Origin: Squalus acanthias
Taxonomy: Eukaryota
Direction: 5' to 3'
Length of the DNA stretch: 64,000 nt
Assembly: GCA_030390025.1 (NCBI GenBank)
Contig: CM059433.1
Location: 25,050,001-25,114,000, forward strand
A program made the translations under genes and the position numbers. Positions 27,901 through 37,522 of the stretch are shown here, piece by piece (positions within the stretch are counted from its first letter, which is position 1; the number at the start of each line of letters is the position of its first letter). The notes under the pieces were generated by a model. It was not told where the DNA came from and ran no database searches. It saw only the letters and a program-made list of their open reading frames with translations.

Positions 27901-28209
27901 ACAGAAATAGACAGTTTCCTAGAAGTAAAGGGCATTAAGGGTTACGGGGAGCGGGCAGGAATTTGGACATGAGTCTAGGTTCGGATCGGTCATGGCCCTG
28001 TGGGTAGTGGAGCGGGCCCAGGGACTGTGTAGCCTGATTCTGCTCCTATTTCGTGTGTGCAATTCTGTTAGATGCAGGAGATGGTTCTGTGATAGATAGT
28101 AGATTGGCGGTTAGGATCAGATCAGCCATGATCTTATTGAATGGCGGAGCAGGCTCGAGGGGCCGATTGGCCTACTCCTGCTCCTATTTCTTATGTTCTT
28201 ATGTTCTTA
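24922..28209 (+). mobile_element. Young 5'-truncated CR1 LINE with intact ORF2
   Basis: Begins in the ORF1 end (GTSVLANRITRAVERALN*); ends in a (tcttatgt)n tail. Confidence 0.95.
25021..27972 (+). CDS. CR1 ORF2: APE endonuclease and reverse transcriptase, 983 aa
   Basis: Uninterrupted ORF with YLNARS, ITETW, MGDFN, LDL, SDH endonuclease motifs and NYRPVSL, DFQKAFD, GVPQGS, FADD RT motifs. Confidence 0.95.
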   Translation: MTTERVIDIGSSRGITNQSVAGRDRVCGVKGKLVKSEKAGTKCHKAYLKVLYLNARSIRNKIDELLAQITTYGYDIVAITETWLQGDNAWELNIPGYLTIRKDRQEGRGGGVAMLIKEGITVIQSNDIGSKNHDNETVWVEIRNNKGKKTLVGVVYRPPNSCNSIGRSINQEIVEACNKGTSIIMGDFNYHINWTNQMGQGCLEDEFIECIRDGFLEQYVTEPTRGQATLDLVLCNETGLIKNVLVKDPLGMSDHNMVEFHIQLEGEKVGSQTSVLSLNKGDYEGMRAELSRVDWENRLKGKTTHDQWCTFKELFYNFQKKYIPLKRKGCKRKDSHPWLSKEIKDSIRLKTRAYKVAKSSGRTEDWENFKRQQKITKRLIKKGKIDYESKLAKNIKTDSKSFYSYIKRKRVAKVNVGPLEDETGKLMVGNMEMAKTLNEYFVSVFTVEDTKNIPTLDKQGAIGGEELNTIKITKEVVLGKIMGLKADKSPGPDGLHPRVLKEVAVGIVDALVIIFQNSLDSAKVPADWKTANVTPLFKKGSRQKAGNYRPVSLTSVVGKILESIIKETVTGHLDNHNLIGQSQHGFTKGKSCLTNLLEFFEEVTYRVDKGEPVDVVYLDFQKAFDKVPHKRLLLKVKNHGIGGNILAWIEDWLSNRKQRVGINGSFSDWQSVTSGVPQGSVLGPQLFTIYINDLEEGTKCNISKFADDTKMGGKVMSEEDIKNLQGDIDRLSKWAEIWQMEYNTGKCEVMHFGRKNPRAIYYLNGKKLESTEVQRDLGVLVHETQKVSMQVQQVIKKANGMLAFIARGIEYKNREVLLQLYKVLVRPHLEYCIQFWCPYLRKDILALEAVQKRFTRLIPGMRGWSYEERLGRLGLYSLEFRRMRGDLIETYKIVKGLDRVDAGRMFPMTDETRTRGHSLRIRGCSFKTEMRRNYFTQRVVGPWNMLPQKAVEATTLIKFKTEIDSFLEVKGIKGYGERAGIWT

Positions 28210-28287
28210 TTAGTCCAGGCCTCTGGATTACTAGTTCCAGTAACATAACCACTATGCTACCGTACCCCTCCAGACATGGCTCATGAC

Positions 28288-28441
28288 CAATGTTACCCCT
28301 AATTTTTGTTTTGGGTGCGTGGCCCCTTTAAGGGGCTGCACAGTCCATTCACAGTTTCACGTAACATTGAAAAAGCCGCGCTGCGCGGCACCGGCAAACG
28401 GCTATGCAGACATGTGGCTGCGCAGCTTAGAGGGAACGTTG
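28288..28441. mobile_element. hAT-type MITE (154 bp) with 8-bp TSD
   Basis: TIR caatgttacccctaa / ttagagggaacgttg; TSD ctcatgac at 28280-28287 and 28442-28449. Confidence 0.85.
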
Positions 28442-29383
28442 CTCATGACTCCTGGTAGAAACCTGTGCACAGCTGGCCTACATCAAGCGCCACACTGGCA
28501 GAGTGGGTGGTGGGGGAGCAGGCATGCTGTCATCCTGAGAAAGGACAACAGGTGCCTCTCCCATGGAGCCAAGGCCACTCTTCAAGGGACTGTGCCTACA
28601 GCTCTGTGTGAGTGCAGGAATGACATGTTGCTCTAAAAGGTCCTGTCAACACTGGCCCCCAGAGCCATCTGAGCTTCCATGGCAGCAGTGCGAACAGACA
28701 TGGAAGCTGTTCACAGAGGTTCCATTATGGTGGGTGCCACTGAAGTGTTCAGGGAGTTCATGTTCACCGTCCCTATGTTGAACAGAATGGTTTGCACAAA
28801 GCCCCAACACTAGTTGGAGCTATGCTCTGAGCCATTGCATGCAAGCTCGCTGGCAGGCTGCTCAGTGCACCGAGCATTTACTGTTGTATGTCCATCGGCC
28901 TTTTTCAGTAGGCTGGGACTTCAAAGTCAGTATCTGAGCCCTCTGCTGTAGAGCTAGTTTGTGATCTCATCCTCTGGCGAGCTGGCACCTGTGACATTCT
29001 ATCTCCCCTGCCCTAGCTCCTGTGATTCATGCCAGTGATTCACCCTCCTCTATCTTAGACTCTAAAATACGTGTGGTGCGAGTATCTGAGCTGGTGCTTG
29101 GCAGGGTCCGATCATGTGACGCTGCATCATCAGGAAAGCTGGCTTCCTCTTCCTGAAGTGGCAGAGGTATCTCCACATCTTCAGCATTTGAAATGAAAGA
29201 GAGGGGTAAGGATTAACCTTTAGTGTGAAGGAAGAGCAGCGGAAGAAGTGGCTGGTGGGAGTGCGTAGGGTGAGCTAGAAGTAAAAAAGAGAAACAGAGG
29301 ATAAGTTCTACTCCGGTCGTGCCCTCCTTTCGCAAGCCATGTGCGATCTACTCCTGCAAGAAAGAAGGGAGTATGTTTGTGAC

Positions 29384-29535
29384 CAATGTTCCCAGTAATT
29401 CTTTTTGGGCCGTGCGGCCCCTTTAATGGGCCCATTCAAAAGTCCACACTTGCACGTTTTTTTCAGTTTAAAAGCCGGCTCACCGGCTGCGCGGGACCCC
29501 TGGAGCGTTACCGTGCAGCTAAAAGGGAAACATTG
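29384..29535. mobile_element. hAT-type MITE, second copy
   Basis: TIR caatgttccc / gggaaacattg; flanks tttgtgac / ttagtgag; internal ggcccctttaa as in the first copy. Confidence 0.75.
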
Positions 29536-30167
29536 TTAGTGAGGTGTTTGGAGAATATGCCTGTCATGGTCCAATAATTCCTATGTTGTGTGTAAGATGT
29601 CAGGTGTGGGGAAGTAAAGGTTGAAATAGTGATGAGCGTGTGAGGAGGTTGAGCAGGAGGTGGAGTCAAGTGTGGTGCAGTGATTGCAGGAGAGTGAAGG
29701 GAGCGGGGGAGGTGTGTATTGTGAGTAGTGAGGCTGGAGGTGGTGAAGGTGCGAGCAGAGAGTACAAGAGCAGTATTCTTACCTTGACAACTCTGGTGAG
29801 GTTGTTGACCTTTTTTGGCATTGCAGCCTTGTCCTGGGAGCTAAGCACTTGGCATTGACCTCCTTGTTTTAGGGGTAATAGTAGAAAATGACGAGAATCA
29901 TACAGCACATACAGCGAGCACCTCTGATGTAAATGTAAGTTGTTGTAATGCTCCATTTAACTTCAGGAAGTTGAAAAAAATTGCCACTGATCTGTAATGC
30001 TCACTATACTTTAGACACCCCCGAGCAGCTAGAGTTTGCAGAATAGTCTGGTGATACTCCGGTTTGTTTTTATCCCCAACTTTTCAGTTGCATTTTTAAA
30101 GTCCAATCCTGGATGTAAAAGTTTAAAAGAAAGGAACTGCTGAACAATGCAGTTCGGAAAAGATATT

Positions 30168-30931
30168 GGCCCGAAAATTAGACCTAATACGCGAGAGTAC
30201 GCACTGTGTACTCTCGCGTATTAGGTCCCGAATTGCTGGTTTACTGCATGCACTGCGCATGCGCGGGAAACCGGCACTTCGTGTATTGCAAAGGGGGCGG
30301 TTCCTAAGTGAACCGTGTGCGCGCTACAGGTTGTGCGCACGCAGTGCACTTAGTTTTTTTTTCAGGTTTGAACGCGCAGGTAAGTGGTGAAGATTTTACA
30401 CATAAAGAAAGCAGGCGTAGGACACCCTTTTAACAAGGTAAGTAGTTAATTAAGTGTTATTTTAAATTTTTTTCAACAGGTTTATCTTTTTTAGAGACTT
30501 TAAAGAAAGGTAAGTTTATTTTTATAACTTTTAAAAAGATTTTAAATTTTTTCAAAAATTTAATTTTTTGTTTAAAGTGGTTAATTTATTTAACTATAGT
30601 TATTTTATTAATGTGATGGCTTTTTAAAAAAATTAATTGAGGTTTAGCTGTTCTTTTGGGGGCTTGTAGTATTCATAGCTTTGACAGCCCTTGCTGTCAA
30701 AACTATGAATGAAAGATGGTGTGCTGCCATTGGCTCTAACTGAATCACGTGATCCCAGAGCTCGCACGAACTAATTGTGCCTCTGGGACACGCAAGCACT
30801 GCACGGTTGCAACAGGGAGAGGCCCTGAAACTGAAGTTCGTGTGGGCCCAAAACAAAAAGGTAGGCGCGGAGTGCGATATCGCGGGGAATCCTTACCCCT
30901 GCGGGAACCATCGATGTTTAATTTCTGGGCC
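30168..30931 (+). mobile_element. Harbinger-type MITE family X, copy B (complete)
   Basis: Termini ggcccgaaaatt / aatttctgggcc; flanks att / aat. Confidence 0.85.
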
Positions 30932-31944
30932 AATATACACTTTACAAGGTTGGGGTGGGATTTCACAGGAAGGATGTGTTGCCATGGTAACAAGCTGGCT
31001 TGGTTAGCTATGCCTCACCTGTCAAAAGGTTACCAGCCACCAATGGTACTATACGTGGTAGAAATGATCCAAGCTGTTAGCTGCTTTTGTGAGGTTAAGA
31101 AGGACTGACATTTCCTCTTAGTCTCAGAATCGAGAATAGCTTTTCCTACGCTGAAAGTTGTAATGGTGGAAAGGTTACCTTTCTCTCTGTGCTGCGATCT
31201 CAATACCCACTCGGCTGTGTGGATTACATAACAGTTAAAATATAACAGAACCGCTCTTAGTATTGCAGTTATTAGTTAATTGCACTTCAAAAGTAATTCA
31301 TTGGTTGTGAAGTGCTCTGGAATGTCTTGAGGATGCTGCATAAATGCAAGTTGTTTTCTATTATTAATACACTTGCAAAAATCTAAAATTCATATTAAGG
31401 CAAATCCAGTGAAACCATAGACATGACTTCTTGCAGCCTTTTCCAACACATTGAAATATAGGCTTATACAGCCAGTCCAAGCTGCAGTCGCAGAGAGTGC
31501 TTTAGCAGTCACAGGTACACCATTAAGTAGCGTGACAAGGATCATATTGTGACCTTTATATCATAGATGTGTCACGAGTTAAAATTATTTGCAGGTAGAT
31601 TAATGGAGGACTGGCTATCAGTGCCGCATTTAAACACTTTGGTAAACCATTCTTTTGCTCAGCTACTTTAACCATAAACTCATTTTCAAAATAAAACACA
31701 GAGTAATATAAGGCTGACATATTGGCACCATAGTTTTCATTCAGCCTTTTAAGTGCTGCAGCAAATGGTGAACATTCAGATAAATGACAGAGCACTTAAG
31801 GTGTTGAACTCCAGTTGCGAATTCTACCAACTGCCTGATTTTTGTGCTACAGTCTTACTCGGGTTCTATTAAATGCCAATATATTTTTAGTGTCTGATAC
31901 TATAGTTTCGAACGCATCACATGGCTTATTTGCAATTCGTTTAC

Positions 31945-32252
31945 GTCTGTCTTTTGGTTGAGGTGCTAAACCGAGGCCCCGTTTGACCTGTCAGGTGGAC
32001 ATAAATGATCCCATGGCACTATTTCGAAGAAGAGCAGGGGCATTCTCCCCAGTGCCCTATCCAATATTTATCCCTCAACCAACATTTACTAAAACAGATT
32101 ATCTGGTCATGATCACACTGCTGTTTGTGGGAGCTTACTGTAGCAAATTGGCTGCCGCATTTCCTACATTGCAACAATACTTCAAAAGTACTTCATTGGC
32201 TATAAAGTCCTGTGGTCGTGAAAGGCGCTATATAAATGCAAGTCTTTCTTTC
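31945..32252 (+). mobile_element. 5'-truncated DeuSINE-like SINE
   Basis: Colinear with 32475-32790 (caaattggctgccgc; aggcgctatataaatgcaagt). Confidence 0.85.
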
Positions 32253-32334
32253 TTACTTGTTCCAAAGTCAAATACTGGAAAACACTGTTTGTCTATACCA
32301 CATTCAGATAAACGGCCATGTATTGGGTTTCGTC

Positions 32335-32800
32335 ATGCTGTGGCTCAGTGGGTAGCGCTCTCACCTCTGAGTCAGAAGGTTGTGGGTTCAAGTCCCACTC
32401 CAGAGACTTGAACTCAATAATCTAGGCTGACAATCTGGTGCAGTGCTGAGGGAGTGCTGCACTGTCGGAGGTGCCGTCTTTCGGATAAGACGTTAAACCG
32501 AGGTCCCGTCTGCTCTCTCAGGTGGACGTAAAAGCTCCCATGGCACTATTTCGAAGAAGAGCAGGGGAGTTATCCCCAGTGTCTGGCCAATATTTATCCC
32601 TCAATCAACATCCCTAAAACAGATTATCTGGTCATTATCACATTGCTGTTTGTGGGAGCTTTCTGTGCGCAAATTGGCTGCCGCGATGCCTACATTACAA
32701 CAGTGACTACACTTCAAAAAGTGCTTCATTGGCTGTAAAGCACTTTGGGACGTCTGGTGGTTGTGAAAGGCGCTATATAAATGCAAGTCTATCTTTCTTT
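32335..32800 (+). mobile_element. Full-length tRNA-derived DeuSINE-like SINE (SacSINE1/AmnSINE-related)
   Basis: A box tggctcagtgggt, B box ggttcaagtcc, central gtgcgcaaattggctgccgcg, L2-like tail aggcgctatataaatgcaagt; family name from recall. Confidence 0.85.
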
Positions 32801-33353
32801 TTATGTGAGAAGGTGTGCTGTAGTTCTTTATTACTGTTCAGGTGGGAAGTCACTCCCTTCCTCCAGTATTTTCTGTATTTTCTCGGCGTTGCAGCTGCCT
32901 CCTTACACTCAGTTTTACGTGTCAACTGGCCCAGAAGCTTTGAGTTTGTGTTAAATATAGAACTTCTATTCAGCAGATTTTTATTGGGAAAAAAACTCCC
33001 TGCAGATCAGCAAACACGTGGAACTAAGAATTAAATAGCACTTAAATAATCCCATGTGGAGATGAGAAGAAAAAGTGAATAGCCAGCAAATGCAGGAAAT
33101 CCGAAAAATTGCTGGCAAATCCAAAGTTAAAATAGAGCATGCCAGAAAAACACAGCAGGTCCGTTAGCACTGGAATACCTGAAGGGTCGAAAGAACACTT
33201 GAATTGTTAACCTGGCTCATTCAGATAATGACTGACCGGCTGTGCATTTTGTAAATGACTATTCTCTGACACTTTAAATACACATGCTCGAATATAATAT
33301 AACAATAATTGTTAGGAAAATGCCCAAAGGCGGCAGCAAAAGCAAAGTTCTTG

Positions 33354-33482
33354 AACAAAAAGCAAAATGCTGGAAATCTAAAATAAAAACAGAAATCTCT
33401 GAAAGCTGTCATCAGATCAAGCAACATCTGTGGAGAGAGCAGGTAAGTTAATGTTTCAGGTGAGGATCCTTCAACAGAACCC
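33354..33482 (-). mobile_element. Short Penelope-like element copy (degenerate hammerhead)
   Basis: Same family as 48106-48238; TSD aagttcttg at 33345-33353 and 33483-33491. Confidence 0.75.
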
Positions 33483-33744
33483 AAGTTCTTGTCTGATGAG
33501 CTTATTATTGAGGTGACTCAGCAGGTTGTGGTGTAACTTGGCCATAGTGGCATTAGCTTATGCCAAGGAGACTTTAGTCAGGTGGCTCTGCCAGAGAATC
33601 TTACTAAAATCAGGGCTGTACTCTGTAGTTTATTACCATGGCAACAAAAAGACAGCTTATGGAATCAGTAGTTTGTAACAATAAGTTTCCTGTTAGCCTG
33701 CGTGTGTAGAAACGATAACTTTCTGACTTTGCGTGACAACGGCA

Positions 33745-34510
33745 ACAACAACAACTTGCATTTATAAAGCGCCTTTAACATAGTAAAACGTCCCAAGGCG
33801 TTTCACAGGAGCGATTATCAAACAAAACTTGGCACCGAGCCATATCAAGAGATGTTAGGACAGGTGACCAAAAGCCTGGTCAAAGTGGCAGGTTCTAAGT
33901 AGCGTCTTAAAGGAGGAGAGTGAGGTAGAGAGGCTGAGAGGTTTAGGGAGGGAATTCCAGAGCTTCAGGCCTTGGCAGTTGAAGGAAGGAAGGATGTTCC
34001 CGATGGCGGGGGAGTCCAGAACCAGGGGTCACAGTCTAAAGATAAGGGGTAAGCCATTTAGGACAGAGATGAGGAGGAATTTCTTCACCCAGAGAGTGGT
34101 GAACCTGTGGAATTCTCTACCACAGAAGGCAGTGGAGACCAATTCATTAAATATATTCAAGAAGGAGTTAGATATATTTCTTAAGGCTAAAGGGATCAAG
34201 GGATATGGGGAAAAGGCAGGGACAGGGTACTGAATTTGGATGATCAGCCATGATCTCATTGAATGGCGGAGCAGGCTCGAGGGGCTGAATGGCCTACTCC
34301 TGCTCCTATCTTCTATGTTTCTATGTTTCTAAGGCACGGCCGGCATTGGTGGACTGATTAAAATCAGGGATGCTCAACAGGCCAGATTTGGAGAAGCGCC
34401 AAGATCTTGGAGGGTTGTAGGGCTAGAGGGGGTTTACAGAGATCGGGGGGGGTCGGGTGGGGAGGGCACGAGGCCATGGAGGGATTTGAACATAAGCATG
34501 AGAATTTTTA
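33745..34510 (-). mobile_element. L2-like LINE 3' end interrupted by a CR1 tail
   Basis: acttgcatttataaagcgcc tail shared with the DeuSINE; similar to 9500-9790. Confidence 0.7.
33981..34331 (+). mobile_element. CR1 3' fragment
   Basis: RMFPMAGESRTRGHSLKIRG...; (ctatgttt)n tail. Confidence 0.9.
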
Positions 34511-35734
34511 AAACCTGGGAGCCTCATCTATTGCTGGAACATTTTGGAAATTTGAATGCCTTCTGCACACAATTTCCAGACCATTTGACCAGAAAACCAT
34601 GAGGCAGGTTGGCACTTGAAATATGATAGCGAGGCTGGAAGCCTCGGGTTTAACCTGCTGCGCAGGTTTAACTGTGGCCGGCCGGGGTTCCCGGGCCTCG
34701 GGAGTCTTTGTAGTGGCTGCAGGTTTCTTTTACCCATTGCTGGGAAACAGGACCTCCTTTGTGACCCACACTGCACCCAGCAGGACATCCATGAATATGA
34801 ATATGAGGCTTCTCCATTGAAATCAGACATTCCCACGCATCCCACGACGTTGCGCGTTTGTCGCACGCTATCGCACCACCTCCCCACCCCCGCTCCTTTC
34901 CCGTCTCCACGTTAATATCGGTGGCCCGTGTCTTTGGGCTTTGCCCACAGCACAAACCTTGCCCATAAAAACTGGATGAATGGGGAGTCCGGGAATTTGG
35001 CCTGTTCAAGTAGGTCTCTCTTAGAAGGATATAATGCTTTAGGTTGCAGATAATTTTTAAAATTTGGTTTCACGTACGTTTTGCTGCATTTGATTCCGGG
35101 TATTAGTTGGTTTTGCTGGGCGTTCCTCCATTTATTCATTTTCTTTTCTTGTCAATACTTTGTTTCATTGTTCTAGGTTCTTTCTGACATTTTATTGGGA
35201 CCATACAAAAGCCTCAGCACCTGTTTGCAGTTTCACACATGCCACCTCTACCTTTAAGAGACACGAACCGTATAGCTTCGGCACAATGAAGTTGTGTGCA
35301 AGAGTGTGTACAGTGCATCAAATGATACCTCCCAGAGGGTGCTGCAGCTTCTAGCTTAGGTTTGTGTCCCCGTAAGAAAGGAACACATTGACTTTCACCT
35401 CGCTCTTGAAACCAGCAAAGTTCTCCCTCAGTTGCAGCCAGGAACAAGGGACCAGGATGAATACGTTGACTTGGCCAGCAACATCCCTCCATGCTTTTAC
35501 TGAGGGTGGCCTCCTTGGTGTATCTCCTGCAGCAGAACCTCCAACTCCACAGAGCTGCAGCCATTAAATAGAATCTTCCTCACTTAATTTTCCACTCCCG
35601 AGCCAAGTGCTCTCTGGGCAATTCTTCCATGTTTCAGTACCCTATTCAAATTAGGGGATGGACTCCCATCAGAAAATTGGTTGTAGCCTGCGCACTGAGT
35701 TGCTGGCCATTCATGCGCCTATACCATCAGGGCA

Positions 35735-35975
35735 GTGTTTTTAAATTTGTTCTTGGGTTGTAGGTGATGCCGACTAGGCTGCATTTATTGGCCACCCCAA
35801 GTTGCCTTGGGAAGGCAGTGCTGAGCCTTCTCCTTGAATCAATGCAATACTTGTGGTGATGGTGATCACACAATGGTGTTAAGCAAGAATTCCAGGATAT
35901 GGAGCAAGCGGCGATGAAGGAAAGCTGATATATGTCCAAGTCAGGGTGCTGTGGGACTTGGTGGGGAACTCAAGT
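35735..35975 (-). mobile_element. Old 3' tail of the CR1/L2-group LINE family
   Basis: Similar to 58530-58770. Confidence 0.6.
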
Positions 35976-36306
35976 TTGTTTTTGCCATTCTCACAAAATC
36001 AGTGCTTAACTGTCTAGACTAACACATGAAAAATGGCCACTTAGGTAAACACTAATGCCCATAACACCATACATCAGCATGAATCAGCACCTGAAGAGGC
36101 AAAGGAGAGAAAATCAAAAAAATAGTCGAGTGAATTACGATGCTAACAGCCTGACACTTGAAGCTTTTGAATTGAATTCTTTCACAAGATCATGGATGCA
36201 GTCACTGTTAAAAGTTTTTCTTTTAGTTTGTGGTTTGTACTGAAATTGGTTTGCTTTTCTGACATTTGATTCAAATGCTTAGCTGTTCTAGCATTATAAT
36301 TAGTTG

Positions 36307-37522
36307 TTAGATTCTAGAACGGTTCCCGTGGATTGGAAGGTAGCAAATGTAACCCCACTATTTAAGAAAGGAGGGAGAGAGAAAACGGGGAACTACAGAC
36401 CAGTTAGCCTGACATCAGTAGTAGGGAAAATGCTAGAATCTATTATTAAGGACGTGGTAACAGGGCACTTAGAAAATAATAATAGGATTGGGCAGAGTCA
36501 ACACGGATTTATGAAAGGGAAATTGTGTTTGACAAATCTGTTAGAATTTTTTGCGGTTGTAACTAACAGAATAGATAAGGGGGAACCAGTAGATGTGGTG
36601 TATTTGGATTTTCAGAAGGCATTCGATAAGGTGCCACACAAAAGGTTATTAAACAAAATTAGGGCTCATGGGATTGGGGGCAATATACTAGCATGGATTG
36701 AGGATTGGTTAATGGACAGAAAACAGAGAGTAGGAATAAACGGGTCATTTTTGGGTTGGCAGGCTGTAACTAGTGGGGTACTGCAAGGATCAGTGCTTGG
36801 GCCTCAGCTATTCACAATCTACATCAATGATTTGGATGAGGGGACCAAATGTAATATATCCAAGTTTGTTGATGATACAAAGCTGGGTGGGAATGTAAGT
36901 TGTGAGGAGGATGCAAGGAGGCTTCAACTGGATATAGACAGGCTAAGTGAGTGGGCAAGAACATGGCAAATGGAATATAATGTGGAGAAATGTGAAATTA
37001 TCCACTTTGGTAGGAAAAATAGAAAAGCAGAGTATTTTTTAAATGGTGAGAGATTGGGAAATGTTGGTGTTCAGAGGGCTCTGGGTGTCCTTGTACACAA
37101 ATCACTGAAAGTTAACAAGCAGGTACAGCAAGCAATTAGGAAAGCAAATGGTATGTTGGCCTTTATTACAAGAGGATTTGACTATAAGAGTAAAGAAGTC
37201 TTACTGCAGTTATATAGGGCCCTGGTGAGACCACACCTGGAGTATTGTGTACAATTTTGGTCTCCTTACCTAAGGAAGGATATACTTGCCATAGAGGGAG
37301 TGCAACAAAGGTTCACCAGACTGGTTCCTGGGATGGGGGGATTGTCCTATGGGAGAGATTGAGTAGACTAGGCCTATATTCTCTAGATTTCAGAAGAATG
37401 AGAGGTGATCTCATTGAAACATGCAAAATTCTTACAGGGCTTGACGCAGGGAGGATGTTTCCCCTGGCTGGAGAGTCTAGAACCAGGGATCACAGTCTCA
37501 GAATAAGGGGTTGGCCATTTAG
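36307..37522 (+). mobile_element. CR1 ORF2 RT fragment truncated at both ends
   Basis: ORF 36304..37362 (352 aa) homologous to the RT of 25021..27972. Confidence 0.92.

Larger units (their letters stand above)
24502..28268 (-). mobile_element. tRNA-derived SINE (24502-24921 plus 28208-28268) split by a CR1 insertion
   Basis: Head reverse-complemented (taaccactatgctaccgtaccc; tttgaactc B-box remnant); tail matches the 3' end of the LINE at 5480-5600. Confidence 0.75.
17993..29860 (+). mobile_element. Decayed PIF/Harbinger transposon split by nested insertions
   Basis: TIR-like ggcctagaaatt at 17993; transposase remnants at 18500-18732, 24119-24500 (ISQFAVH, NRKEFHSLNIQLVC) and 28264-28287 (YPLQTWLMT); minus-strand Myb remnant QCQKKVNNLTRVVK then gtaag at ~29780-29830. 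Confidence 0.75.

Noticed and set aside
29185..29205. Plus-strand micro-exon (cag...gtaagg)
   Set aside because: Lies inside the decayed Harbinger, antisense to its ORF2 intron region
32335..32410. tRNA gene
   Set aside because: A/B boxes continue into a SINE body and tail present in several copies
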